Source of the DNA: Flaccisagitta enflata
Lineage: Eukaryota
Assembly (NCBI GenBank): GCA_965153355.1
Contig: OZ231126.1
Location: 41,106,001 to 41,170,000, forward strand
DNA: 64,000 bases
Reading direction: 5' to 3'
The notes beneath the pieces were generated by a model. That model was not told the origin of the DNA. It worked only from the letters and a program-made list of their open reading frames with translations, and ran no database searches. Below are positions 41,614-55,327 of the stretch, piece after piece. The number at the start of each line of letters is the position of its first letter. The stretch's first letter is position 1. Both the position numbers and the translations under genes were made by a program.

Positions 41614-42521
41614 CAATACAAAGAGAAGATGATCTAAATGTCTTCCGAGCGGAAGAGGAAGAGCAGTCAAGTAATGAAGATATCTATATCCATGACTTTA
41701 AGGAAATACGGGATGGGAGACGGAAAGGGGAAATGAGGTTTGAGGGGGAGTGGCAAAGGGGACGGGGTAGTGGGAAAAGGGCAGGGCAAGGCTAGTTCCC
41801 GGTCACAGGGGAGTGGGGGGCAGGAAAAAGAGATACGTTTCGATGAAAAGACCAGATTCCTGCAGTAAAATACTTTGCATTTTATAAAGGAAAAATTTTT
41901 TATAGAAAATCAGTTTTTAAAAAATGTTTTTACACGCAAAAGTGAAGCATCAGTGAACATGACAATTATCCTTATCTGTTCAAAATAATGAAGAAAAAAA
42001 AACAATATGTATCCAACCAGTTGATAGTGAGTAAAAGAACTGGCTGTCCTTCATTATGACGCACCTCCTCAGGAGAGCTGGAGAAGGGAAGATGCAACTT
42101 CATAGCAGTTTGAAATAGATATCAAATATTGTTATTTTTAAAGTAAAATTCGGTTTCACACAGTCACGTGTCCACAGCTTCAGGTGTTATCATTTACAAA
42201 TCTGAATGATCTAAGTTATGGTTTTTTACACATTCATAAAAGCCAGTTTTACAGAAATCGTAGCAAAATTTTGAAAGATAAAAATTTAGAACGGAAATGC
42301 GCAGATTAACACCCCTGACATAATTAGGCGAAATGGGAAAATGATCAAAATTGAGACTAAAAATGCATTGAGAAGGCTGAAATTTGAAACAATGATAGCT
42401 CAGATATAGTATTTTCACAAACCAAGACCAATTAGAGAATCTGCTCAACGGTATGGCTCTGGGAACGTGATATGCCAAAAATCTTGATTTTGACTGATTT
42501 TGACACGGACAATTTTCTACC

Positions 42522-42897
42522 AATAAGGGCGCATATCGCCGCAGGAAAAAAGTCGTAAATGCTGCTGGAGAAAATGAGAGAGAAAAAGAGAGAGAGAGAG
42601 AGAGACTTCAATTAACTCGATTCCGCGTTTTGGGGAAAAATGCGAAAAATGCGAAAAAATAAAAAAAGATTTAAAAAATCATAGCTCCAAAACTATCGAT
42701 CACACAGAATTCTGCTTGGCGTCATCTGAAAGAGGAGAATTAGCTCTTCCTTAGCTATTAATTTCATGTGTAGTCTCGTTCTGCCCCCAAAATGCACCAA
42801 CTTGCTCAAACGCCTCATAAAACAAAGGGAAATCCGTTTTTCTCTGCAGGACTCAAAAAGACCGAAGGGACTTCGTCTCTTCGGCTTTTTTCCAAAT
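42522..42897 (-). mobile_element. Divergent HINE-like family D copy
   Basis: GGAAAAAAGTCGTAAATG near one end, internal similarity to 13950-14110, and a hairpin CCGAAGGGAC-TTC-GTCTCTTCGG followed by CTTTTTTCCAA at the other end. Confidence 0.58.
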
Positions 42898-43776
42898 GAG
42901 GAGGCACCATAAACTGTTCTATCTTTTTTTTTTCAATATAGGATGGAAGAAAACAGCCGTTCCCAGGTTGTTACATTATCTCCATGCCTCCATGGCACAA
43001 AAACACAGTCAGTGACTGCCCTTCAAAGTGAAAGACCCCTTTGAGAAAAATGATTGTTTCTCCAGTAAATTTGTAACTCTTGTCCAAAACACATCATCCT
43101 GATATCAATAGAAAGAAGGCATCATAAGCTTTCAATTGACACGAATTGGAGTTTTTTTTAATCAAACCTGACAGAAAGAACATATTTCCATGTGGTACTG
43201 AAATTTTGACCCATGGTGAGCACAATTTGAGGAAATTTTAGACAAACTCTGATCCCAGTACGCCTAATTTTTTCAGGGGTGTTATGTGATACGGCGAGCA
43301 TCTGGAGGCAACATTTAGTTTGTCAACAGGGGTCAAAATAGAAAATTTCATTAGAGAAAAAAACTAAATAAGACAAATCATTGAAATAAATCAAAATAGA
43401 TATTTCATTGCAAAATTTGCATTCAAATAGGAGAGAAGACTAAGTATTGTTATTATCAACTAAGAAAATTCAGTAGAAAATATTCAGAATATTATATCTG
43501 TTCACTGACAGGGGGCTTGATAAGATTATTAGTCTGCATAGAGAATGAAAAATCACAAAAATGAAGAAAATAGCAAGCTTTATGAATCGATTATGGAGAG
43601 GGCTATGCTTTTGTGAATGCAAAATTTCAAAGATATACACACTAAGTGTCTCTAGAGAAAAATTGTCCCATAGAAATATTAGCGGCATTATCATTATACC
43701 ATTATCGTTTAAAAAAATGAGGTGAAAAACTAAATGTCGGCCTCGAATGCTCGCCGTTGTAACGCACCTCCTAATA

Positions 43777-44103
43777 CAGTTAAATTCCGCAATAACAGAT
43801 GTCAAGGGACTAACAAATTTCATCTGTTATAAGTGGATTTCTAACTACACTTTATATTTTTTGTAAGAATATCATTTTTTGGCCGAAGCCTTAAAAAGAG
43901 CTAGAGGTAGCAAATAATAAGATAACCACAATGTTCTTAATTTTGGAGCAATTTCAAGCCTTGATGTTCTTATTCACTTGGTTCTTATAAAAAGATTAAG
44001 TGTATTCAAGAAATTAAAAGTTAAGAGATAAAGAACCCAGATTTTAGATCCCTTATAGGGGTAAATCCATCACTCTTGCGTCCGGTATAGCGGGGTGTAT
44101 CTG
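43777..44103. mobile_element. Degenerate pogo-like MITE
   Basis: TA|CAGTTAAATTCCGCAATAAC ... GGTATAGCGGGGTGTATCTG|TA, imperfect TIRs. Confidence 0.5.
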
Positions 44104-45945
44104 TATAAGCAGAGAAAGCAGTTACGTCACAAACGATTTGCTGCATAGAAATATTAAAAAAGGTAAAATGACGGAAAACGAGCCAAGAAAGAGCTGAGTC
44201 GAGTGTAAAAATGGTTGAAAAGAAAATCATGAAAAATGATGGGGAAAAATCTTGAAAGGATATGGGCCTGATAAATGGCAGAAATTGAAAGGGACATTTT
44301 CGGTGGAAATCTTGAGGAAGCTTAAGTGAGCGGAAATCAGGTCTTATATAAAAACGGGGGGTTGTATGAGCAGCGGCCCGGGGAAAATTGAGTTGGTGTG
44401 GTCAGATCCTATATGTTCTATTAATCTCAGCACCATTTGATGATGGAAGTCACTCCCTAAAATTTTGAGCCGTCACGCCACACAACCTCTGTCCCATTAA
44501 GATCTTAGGTGTTTTTGTGAGGGTGATACATGTAGAATTAAAGCCACTGGTGGATGGCGGAAGAGAACAGTTATCAAACCTTTTTCCAATGAAATAGCGA
44601 TTGTTTGAGTAAAGCAAAAGTGGAAAAATTTCCTTTCAAATTTTCCCCTTGGTCTTGGGAGAAAACTTAATTATCGATATTTGAATGAAAAAGTAAATTC
44701 AATTCGTGCCATTTCGTAATCTATATACAACAAAGAAAGAGGAAAAAACGACCGCTGATAATTGAGGCATGAAGTAGGAAATTAAGAAGTAAGACGTTTT
44801 CAAAAGGATAGTAAAATATTGGAGGATAAAAGAGAGAGAAACTTTGATGAATTCAATTAAGGCGATGGAGGGCAAAAGAAAAGGACTGGAGGGTCTATTG
44901 AAGCGCGACAGTGATTCGAGAAGGAGGAATACAAATATGATGGAACAGTCTATTACAGTGCGCACTATTGGATATTAATGTCGATTCAAATTAACCATGA
45001 GACTCATGCAGTTGCATCGATGACAGAATTCCAAACAATCCATGGAACTGCAAGAAAAGAAATATACAGTATGACTTACAGACGAGAAGATCGACAAACC
45101 AACATTTGAGCACCGTTTCTTATCTGGAGTCTCTAAGGGAACGTTTCGCAGAAGAAAAGAGGAAAATTCAAGAGAAAGAGAAAGAAAGAAAAAGATTTGC
45201 TTCCAATAACTTTTTACTCAAATACGCCTTAGAAAAAATCGAGGGGAATAAGGATATCAAAAAGAAAGAGAAAGAAAAGAAAAGAAAAGAAAAGAAAAGA
45301 AAAGAAAAGAAAAGAAAAGAAAAGAAAAGAAAAGAAAAGAAAAGAAAAGAAAATGGAGTGAGGAAACGAGGCAGAGGAAAATAGGTATCACGGAAAAACA
45401 AAGATGAAAAAGGATTTTCGTCATAACAAGGATTCAAACAGGATCAAATGATTAGCTAACATGACATTAGATGAGATAGGATGAGATCAGTTTGGTAAAA
45501 AATCATTGGATGAGACATAAATGAAATGAGGTAGGAAAACAGGGGATTTGGATGAGTGTATTTCCGGAAGGAAGTGAAAGTCTCAAAGGATTTTTTCCTT
45601 CCTGATAACTTCCTCCATCTCCTCATATTCCTACACCTCCTCCTCCTCCTCCCCTTCCTCCCTCCTTCTTCATCTCCAAAACCAATAATCAGAGCTTAAA
45701 CCAATATCATCCATTTTTGTCATTTCCTCCTTTTCTTCTTCATTCAAACTCTCCTCTTCGCTGCTTCGTCTCTATCTGTCTATCTCTCTGTCGGTTATTC
45801 CATCTCTTACTTTGTAGGTATCTTTACAGCTGGCTGTCTCTATCACTATCATTACTGTGTCAATCAGTCAGTCAGTCAATAAGTTACTAACTGAGTTAGT
45901 CTGTCTATCCGTCTTTCGTTCTGTGTGTCTCTTTGTCTGTCTGTG

Positions 45946-45999
<54 letters not shown>

Positions 46000-46229
46000 G
46001 CTTAGAAGCCATGGACCTAAGTCAAAGAACCGCTCATCGCAGTATGCTAGAATGTGTATATATGTGGCAGAGGCCCTGGGAAAAAGTTTCATAAGCATCA
46101 GAGACCTCAAACCATAGGCAGCGAGCATATTTATGATAAAAATGAAATTCAATACTAACTTATTCACATTCAGTTAACTCTTTTTGAATTTTTATTTTTT
46201 ATTCATTCTTCACGTTTCAGCTAAGCATG

Positions 46230-46442
46230 TTTAGACGTGTGTTACTCGACTCTTTATCCCGCTTTGTCCGTCTGTTGGTCGGTTGGTCCGTCGGTTGGTT
46301 GGTTGGTTGGTGCCCTTTTTACTTCTTTGGCATTTTTTAGCATTTTGAGCTGACTGCTCCTACCCTAATGCCCCAGTAACCTTATCTATCAATGCCCCTG
46401 CCCACCCGACGCGACTAGGGTAGCCGTGTATCTGGCCTTGTT
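46230..46442 (+). mobile_element. HINE-like family B copy
   Basis: Degenerate 5' hairpin, (GTTG)n, 3' end ACGCGACTAGGGTAGCCGTGTATCTGGCCTTGTT. Confidence 0.68.
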
Positions 46443-47354
46443 ATGTCTTTAACTGCACGAACATAAGAGGCTCTATCAGTGCATCCGTCCGTTTGACCTT
46501 TGGTTTGTTAAGCTCAAGTGAAAAATCAATGAAATCGACCAGAATCACTTGAAATTTCTCATGCGGGAAATTCAAATCATTCTTCATCTCACCTCATTCA
46601 TTCATTCATTCACTCATTCATCATTCATTAATTCATTCATTCATTCATTTTTTCATTCATTCATTCTTCATTCATTTGACAACATTCATCATTCATTGCA
46701 TTCATACATTCATCATGCTAATTGATTCATAACATTCACACTTATTCAGACTTATTCATTCTTAATTCATTATTCATAAATTCTCATTCATTGTTAATTG
46801 ATTCATGCATCATTACATGTGTAATTCATCAATGCAGTTGTCCACTGACCTGTGATACACTGTTTTATCGAAAAACTTTACTAGGCATCCAATATGGCGA
46901 GAATCCCAGGATTCAGGGCACCTCGGGGAGCCATAAGCTGTCTTAACTTTCGGTTTAGACGCCAATTTCACATTGTTATATCGAAAATCATAAAGTGCCT
47001 GTGCCTGTTTTAGCGGCCCTCTAGGGGCACAAGGCAGAAAACGCAAAAAACATATGAACAATGGTAGCGGCAGCGTCAGGAGCAGCGGCAGAGGATTTAA
47101 AACCAGCTGCGGTCTCTTGATCATTGAGGAATTTATGATAATAGTACACATTTAAAACTCAAAAGCGCAGTATGTTTTACTTTGAACCAAGCATTGTCCA
47201 CTTACACACAGCAAGTTAAGACAGCCCCTCATTCACTTATCCGAATCTTTCACTGGTGCTATGCGTTTTTAGCTTGAAATTTTATGCCTAACTTTACTTA
47301 CTTTCCCGATCCTCCTTCAATCATTTTATTCCTCGTCCTTGTTTTGGATGGTGG

Positions 47355-48210
47355 TATGCCAAAACCACCCATAGTGTTGGTGATTTAGGTGTTTGGGTGG
47401 TTTTTGGGGTGTTGCTGATGGTGATTTGGGGGTTTTGCGTGGTGGTTGGGTATATAACGCCTCTAGTATGCATGAACACCCATAGTGTTGGTGATTTAGG
47501 TGTTTGGGTGGTTTTTGGGGTGTTGGTGATGGTGATTTGGGGGTTTTGGGTGGTGGTTGGGTAAATAACGCCTCTAGTATGCCAAAACCACCCATAGTGT
47601 TGATGATTAGGTGTTTGGGTGATTTAAGGGATGTCGGTGATGGTGATTTGGGGGTTTTGGGAGGCGGTTGGGTATATAACCAGGCCTGATTTTAGAGCGA
47701 GCCCGCAAGCCCGATGCTCTCTATTTTGCTCTCGGGCTCACATATTTTGCAAGCTCTGAGCCCGGCGGGCTCTCTCTCATTAGGACGGATTAAATCGCTC
47801 AAGCTGATTGAGTAAAATATTTGGGAAATCATCAGGTCTTGAGTCGCTATTCGATTTTTTCACAAATCAAATTATCGTAGTAGTGACTAGTTTATCATTA
47901 CATCATAAAACCAGTGTCTGTTGTTGCAAATATAGGCTGATATGATGGTAAAATTTGGCACAACGTTTTTACCCGGCTCATGAATTTCCTGTCGGGCTCT
48001 GTCAAATTGTGGGGAGCGAGCCCGACTGGCTCAGTCAAGAAATTCATTAAAATCAGGCCTGTATATAATGCCGCTAGTATGCCAAAACCACCCATGGTGT
48101 TGGTGATTGAGGTGTTTGGGTGGTTTTAGGGGTGTCGATGATGGTGATTTAGGGGTTTTGGGTGGTGGTTGGGTATGTAATGTCTCTAGTATGCCAAAAC
48201 CACCCATAGT
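47355..48210. repeat. ~112-bp tandem repeat (about 4 units) adjoining a family B 5' end at ~48215-48263
   Basis: TATGCCAAAACCACCCATAGTGTTGGTGATT... at ~47355, 47467, 47578, 48078 and 48190. Confidence 0.85.
47681..48061. mobile_element. hAT-like MITE inserted into a minisatellite
   Basis: 14-bp perfect TIR CAGGCCTGATTTTA. 8-bp flanks TATATAAC / TATATAAT. Confidence 0.8.
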
Positions 48211-48366
48211 GCGGATCGACCGACACACATAGTGGGCTTTAGAGTCGCGTGCACGCGACTAAAGAGTAACAACTACATTTGGCAGTTCACAGATCATTTT
48301 TTCTTTGCTTGACCCAGATACATGTTAATCTATGTACCTTAGAGATTTTTTCAGGATTAAACCTCA

Positions 48367-48885
48367 TTTTTAGTCGCGTGCATGTGACTTTATAACCCGC
48401 TATGTCGGTTGTTCCATTTCTCAGTTTCTCCATCTGCCCGTTATGTCCATCCATCCGTCCATCTGTTTGGCCGGCCGGCCATCCGTCCATCTGTCCGTCC
48501 GTCTGTACGTCCATCTGTCCTTCCTTCCGTCCATCAACATCACCTTTTTCGGCGTTTAGGAGCGGTTTTTGCATTACTACTACTGCCCAATAGCTTGGGT
48601 TAGCCTTTTCATCACTGCCCCTGCCCCACCCACACGCGACTTCATTAGCCGTGTATACGGCTTTGTCAGTTGCGGACATGCAATTGTATAAGAGACTTCA
48701 TCCGTCCAATGGCCTGTCAGTCCGTAACGCACGTCGCACAAGTCAAAAAGTCGGAAAATGAATGTTTCGGAGGTTTTTTAATTGGTGTGTGTATGTTAAA
48801 GGGAGTAGGCGCGGGGTGTTGATTGGGGTTAGGTGCCCCTGCCCACCTATCCCTAACGATAATGTGACCCCACGTCACTTGTTTA
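48367..48885 (+). mobile_element. Two head-to-tail HINE-like copies (48367-48666 family B; 48667-48885 variant)
   Basis: Each has a 5' hairpin, a GTCC tract, the GCCCCTGCCC(C)ACC motif and a 3' stem-loop ending TTGT. Confidence 0.62.
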
Positions 48886-49094
48886 CTGCTTTGAAGAACT
48901 TAATGATTGTAATTAGAAAGAAATGACAAGGAAAAAAGATGTTCTGCACGTTTTTGACCTAAATAAGCCCGCTGCCGATGGTTTTTGGTCACTGAGGGTC
49001 ATGAAACTTCGCATTTTGTTTTAACTCGCACATATCAACATGCGCTCATACTGCGATTGGGGGTCTGACAACTTTGGTCAATTCCTGCTAAGCG

Positions 49095-49235
<141 letters not shown>

Positions 49236-49820
49236 GGGTGCGCTCGTCGTTGTTCGTCGTCTTTCTCGGTTGAGACGCGTTAAGACGAATGTCTGCCAAT
49301 AACCTCACATGTGTCTTAATCTAGCAGAAAAAGTCAAGGGGCACGCACACGCAAACACACTTTCACACACGCCCGCGCACATGAACGCACGCGCACACAT
49401 AAAAAAAAGAAGAAAAAAAAAAGAACGAATGAATGAATGAATGAATGAATGAATGAATGAATGAATGAATGAATGAATGAATGAATGAATGAATGAATGA
49501 ATGAATGAATTAATTGATAAGCCAATGAATTGAGAGAGAAGAAAATAAGTATCAAAGCAGGAAACTAGTGATGCGGGCGAAAATGGAGGGAATCAGACAG
49601 CTGTACAGGCACGAAAGAAAAGAGAAGTAACGAAAGTCATTATCTTCACTCCCAGAAAACGGCTTAGTGCTAGACTTTGTAATTATGTAAACAATGACAA
49701 AACTTGAATTTTGGGCGGAGTCTCATCATTTCAAACATCATCATCATAATCATCATCATCACCATCATCATCATCTTTCATATCATCACCCCTGTCAGCT
49801 TCTCGTTAACAGAAAAGTCC

Positions 49821-49902
<82 letters not shown>

Positions 49903-49939
49903 CCTATTTTTTGCCTCTTTCCTCTCTCGCTCAGCATCG

Positions 49940-50433
49940 TTTTCAGCGTCTAACGAAATTACATCGGTTCGGCTCAGCAACTGACGGACGGACGGCCCGA
50001 CCGAGTGTGTGTCGTCGATTAAGCTAAGGAGATTTAAAGATTGGCTAAATTCAATTTTCGCTGCCGCGCGTTTTTTTTTCGCGTCGCGGCGCCTACGAGC
50101 GCTCTCTTCTCCATGCGCGCACTTCCGCGCTCAAAATCAGAAGAAGGAAAAAAAAAGAATACGCCTTCAACAGAAGAAGAATAAGAAATGTTTTTTTTTC
50201 TTTACCCTCTTCTTTTTTTTCATCGTTTGCTAATACCTCTTCTCTGCCTGTGAGTGCCATAAATATAAACATTTACAAACATTACGATTAACTGAAGACA
50301 CAAGCTGACAAACAGAAACACACAGCAATATTGAAACACACAAGGACATTTGGACACACAAACATACCGATAATCACAATTTGCCAGAAAATCACTCACA
50401 CAGACGGACAGAGGCGCAAATTCAAAGGTAAGT
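49940..50433 (+). promoter_or_regulatory. Candidate CpG-rich promoter and non-coding first exon
   Basis: CpG cluster with TTTCGCG, TGCGCGCA and CACTTCCG motifs. Perfect donor AAG|GTAAGT at 50427/50428. Confidence 0.4.
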
Positions 50434-50631
50434 AGACAGACAATCAGATACACTGGCGTTAACTTAAACTCAAAAGCACACGCAGACACACGCGTGCACA
50501 CGCATGTTTATTTTCTTCATCATACAAGGGAAGGAAGGGGCTGTTGGCGAAGGAAAATCCGTGCTAAAAGACGGAAAAGTGGTTTTGACTTGACAAATAT
50601 ACAACCCATAGAAAGAGAAACAGAGAGAGTG

Positions 50632-50803
<172 letters not shown>

Positions 50804-50810
50804 TCAGACG

Positions 50811-52157
50811 GGGGGAAGAGCCTGAGAGCTAAATTATTCCAGTGGCCTGATGTCTAAAAATGATTTTGGCCTGAGTTCTAAAAAAAAAGTTTAGACATCA
50901 GGGCAATTTGAAACAAAAAATCATGGCATAGTTTGAAAATCTTAATGCGCCTGACAGCTAAAAAGTAAGCGCCTGATGTCTAAAAAAGAGGAAGGCATTG
51001 AAAAGCATTTATGAAAAACACATATAAGAAACTGATATGAGAAACAGAGATAGATAGATTGATGAACCAAAGGAACAACAGACAAACAGTAGTCCGCAAT
51101 AAAGACACATTAGAAATTAGAAAAGGCAGTACATGGTGGAATATGAACAAGCAATAGTAGTCTTTTTGCAAATAGTATGTATAACTAGAAATTGTTTATT
51201 GATATCTTTGAGAACTCTTATGCACCTGCCATTAAAACAAACCCACCTATAAGGTATATTACTAATTACTGTCCTTTAAAAGATTTTATTTTTTCAGTTG
51301 CATGCACGCAACTCTATGACCCGCTCTGTCTGTCTTTTTGTCTGTCTGTCTGTCTGTTTGTCTATCTGCCTGTTGGTCCATCATGCTTAGCTTTTTTGTT
51401 TTTTTTATATTATTTTATGCGATTGAAAGTCATTTTAAGTCATTTCAGGTCATGATAAGTCATTTTGGTCTCTTAGTCTTTAAGTCTAAGTCTCTTAGTC
51501 TTATAGTGATCTACTCATTTAGTCTTTTGGTCTTTTGGTCTTAACAACTGAACGCAACCATAAGGTGTTGGTCTTGTTCTTAGTCGCGTGTACGCGACTC
51601 TACAACCCGCTCAGTTTGTCAGTTGGTTGGTCTGTCACACTTTGATTTTTTAGCTTTTACGAGCCGTTTTTGGGTAACTGCTCCTACCTAACTACTTAGT
51701 TGGTCTTTCTCATCACTGCCTTTGCCCACCAGCACGCGACTTAGGTTGTTGTATATTTAGCCTTATTTGAATTTGAAAAAAAGGTGATTCACTATAACGC
51801 ATGTATTTGCATGGTCCCGTGAAATACGGTCTAGGAGCACAACTGTAATGTGTATTTAAAGAAAAATATCATCATATAAATCATTTGTGAAGGGATGAGA
51901 CTTGATTTGTGTATTGTTTCAAATGGGGCTTAAAGCCTTTTTTGTTCCCTTTTATCATTCTCTACTTCCCTCCTTTTTTAGAACTCAGGCCAATCATTGA
52001 GAGAAATTTTAGAAGTTAGACCACTTTTTCTGATTTTTTTTAGAAATAAATTGCTTCAAAATTAGCTGCAGAGCTAAAAAAATATTTTAGCTGTTGGGCC
52101 AATCTGTCATGGAAAAATTTTAGCTGTTGGGCGCTTTAGCTGTGGGGAGATACACCC
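50811..52157. mobile_element. Non-autonomous DNA transposon with 8-9-bp TSD (MULE-like or hAT-like)
   Basis: AGTCAGACG on both flanks. GGG...CCC ends. Subterminal AGCTAAA/GTCTAAAAA motifs mirrored as TTTAGCTG. Confidence 0.58.
51291..51767 (+). mobile_element. Two adjacent HINE-like family B copies
   Basis: AGTTGCATGCACGCAACT at ~51296 and AGTCGCGTGTACGCGACT at ~51582, each followed by a tetranucleotide tract. Confidence 0.6.
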
Positions 52158-53777
52158 AGTCAGACGCAGTCAGACGGAAAGACGGACAAATAGACAAGAC
52201 ATTTTAATGAGCCGTAAATGGTGAAGTATGGATGTATTTGCAATGGCAAAATCTTTTTTTTCAAGAATCAAAAAACAGCCTTTTTTAGAATTAGTTTAAC
52301 AGGAATCAAAAAATATCGTTTCAAGCTTTAACAACATTTTCTTTTGCAACGACTTTCATCTTCTATTTTGGATGGTGATGATTTTAAACACCCAACAACT
52401 CTTCCCATCTCAGAGCCCATTGCAATGTACACCCACACCTCACCACGTTTTCGATGAAAGGCTGTTGTTAGTGTAGCTGCTGCTGTTGCTGTTGGTGTAG
52501 CTGCTGCGGCCGCCGCTCGGTTGCGGCACTTTCCCCTGCGACTAACTCCCCCGTGCAATTCCTTCCATCGGCAAGAAATCGAATTATCTTCATATGAGCT
52601 TTTAGCCCGAAGACAGCAAACGACACCCTGTCACCGACGACGTCTCTTCCTCTTTTCTCTCCTCCTCATCCTCCTTCCTCCTTCTCCTTCTTCTTTTTCC
52701 TCCTCATTCTTCTTCTCAACTTTCCCTCCTTCCACCTTCTCTTCATTCTCCTCCTGTTCTTCCTCCTCTTCCACTTTCTCCTTCTACTCCTCAAAATTCC
52801 ACACCTTTCCTTGCCACCGACATCTCCTCTTTTCCTTCATCCTTCTCTCCCATATCCTGTCAACCAAAAGTCGTGCAGGGATTATCTGTGATTCTATGAT
52901 AAAATACGCGGTTAAGGATGTTGTCGGTGATGTGCCATATCACACCTCGACAGGTTCCATCCTATATTCTCGCTTAACTGGAGCGTAGCCTTTGAAATCT
53001 TCCTGTTCTATAAGTTAACTTATTGTGATGACCACCGGGTTTTTGGGCTATGCTGATGAGTTACAGCTGCATGTTAACGATATTGCACCTCAACGACAAT
53101 TTATGGTGCAGAAAAAAATTTCGGAACAGTGATATGAAATTAGGCGGGGACAGTCAAGCACACAAACCCAGATTTCAGGAACTGATGTATGAGATTAAGC
53201 TGGTTCTCCCTTCTCTCCCTTCCTTCACTATCCTCCTCTCCTCTCATTGGCGCTCCCTACCTTTAGTTTCCAATCATTACCTCGCGAGTAATTCGACTTT
53301 CAAAATAGGTGTACCGAGGACGAAGGAAGAGGCTTGTATCTCCCTCTAGCGGAATTTCAAATCAATCAATTTCGCAGAAGGAAATCAAATGCTAACAAAA
53401 CAAAATTACCTTGTTCCTTCTTCCTCTCTCCGAGCTGCGCGACAATCTCCGCAGAAACACATTTTCATTCAATCTCATTTAATCCAATAGAAAACGAATA
53501 ATTGAATAATTCTAATTCGCAGATTTCTCTCTTTTAAACTAAGTCTCGTCGTCATACAATCCGTTTCACATGACAGACACGTTGTGCAACTTATCAACTA
53601 GCACGAATTACTGTTATCTTTTCTAACATCACTCTTATGCACTGATCAAGACTAGCTTGAAATTTTCAATTTACAGATCCGAAGGACTCCTCTCCTTCCA
53701 GATGATAATACCATGAACAAGGCTAACAACTATCAGTCGCGTGCTAGACTTGAAATGACTTGGTAAATCCAGGCTCC

Positions 53778-54930
53778 TTTTTTGGGCAGCGACCCCGATC
53801 CGAAGCAGTCGATGACCAATGCTTTCACACAGGGAGAAATTTCTCCATCTCCTTCTTTTCTCCTCCTGCTACATCCCCTCCCCGCGAGGCTCAAATCCGG
53901 TAGGCAGCGATATCAGCGGGGGTAAAAAAGGTCGCTCGAAAATCGTTTTTAGCAATTTGACTAAAGTGAGGGCGCTGAATAAAACTTTGGAAATCTTATG
54001 TTTTCAGCATTACTCGTTTTGATGTTGTACAAACATTTCTTTTATAAAAAGTGGGAAAAAAAGGTAACACTTATCCTACGACTTCTTTCTATAACTCAAC
54101 TCCACCGACACTTTCTCTAAGTCAGAGTTAACTTTCCAATGTATCATTACGCGTTGAGAAAGAAAGACAGACTGGCTAAAACCAAAGAATAAATAGACAA
54201 ACAGATACGCTGATTCATATGAATTGCATCAGAACACCAACAGTGAATCCAACTGCATGCAGTAATCTGTAAAACGCCATTTGGCGTCTCAAAAAAATGT
54301 TTCCGTAGAGAGTTAATGTTAGTGCGTCTCTCACTACAGCATAATAAGACGGCAATGATGACAAGGAAAATTGCTTCTTAAAAATCACCTTTACTTTAGT
54401 CTTCATCCGAGTAGGGAAGTAGGTCTAGTAAGAAAAGTGAAATATCTGCTAAACCATATGAGTAACATCGATGAAAAAAAGATTGACCATAATACTTATG
54501 AAATACTATAGATTAAAAAAAAATGAAACTATCTGCGCTCAAGTTGACCTTTATGTCCCCGGACTTTAACTCTGAGCGCATGATCAGAAAATTGTATGTA
54601 ACATCGTGTCAATTAAGTCAACATTAAAAATTGGGGGTGCTTTGATCAATTTTCATTTGAAATCCAAAGCAGAATTCAACACTCTATCCACCGGTGCTGT
54701 TACCGGGATTGTAGAAGCTAGCGTTCGGCCGTAGTGATTTTATCTTACACGCAGTTGAATTTGATTTCAGAGCAAAATCTGAACTGTTGAGATCTACGGG
54801 CAAACCTTTTTCAAGCTCTAAATCCGGATCTTGAGGCTCAATTCAAAGCATTGAAGCTAAAATCCCAGCCTCAAGGCTCTAATCCCACAGTCAAGGTTCA
54901 AATCCCATCCTCGAGGTTAAAATCTCAAAA
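53778..54930 (+). mobile_element. Degenerate family C copy interrupted by a ~900-bp unassigned insert
   Basis: 5' TTTTGGGCAGCGACCCCG. The 20-bp repeats stop at ~53900 and resume at ~54810. Confidence 0.5.
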
Positions 54931-55176
54931 ACCACCTATTACTAGCCTTTCAACTGACTCAACTCCTGGAAAGCAAACATTCCTTCAAATTCCTCCGCCC
55001 ACAGAAGAAAGTCAGCTCTGACTCTTTCTGTCTTATCTGGGCAAAACTCTCTATCGATTTGCGCCCAACCCCCTACCCCCAAACCTGTCGCACAAGACAA
55101 CAACCCTTTTTCCCAGGTGATGATGATTGGATGAGTTTTTGATGCTGGTAATCGTTAGCAACTCGTTGTTCTTCGA

Positions 55177-55231
<55 letters not shown>

Positions 55232-55327
55232 TTTCTGTAACTCTCTCTCCTTGCCAATGAGGAGGTTGAAACCGAGGCCTAATGCAGACCGCTAATGACG
55301 TCATTTGCACTCCAACCTTCAATCAAC

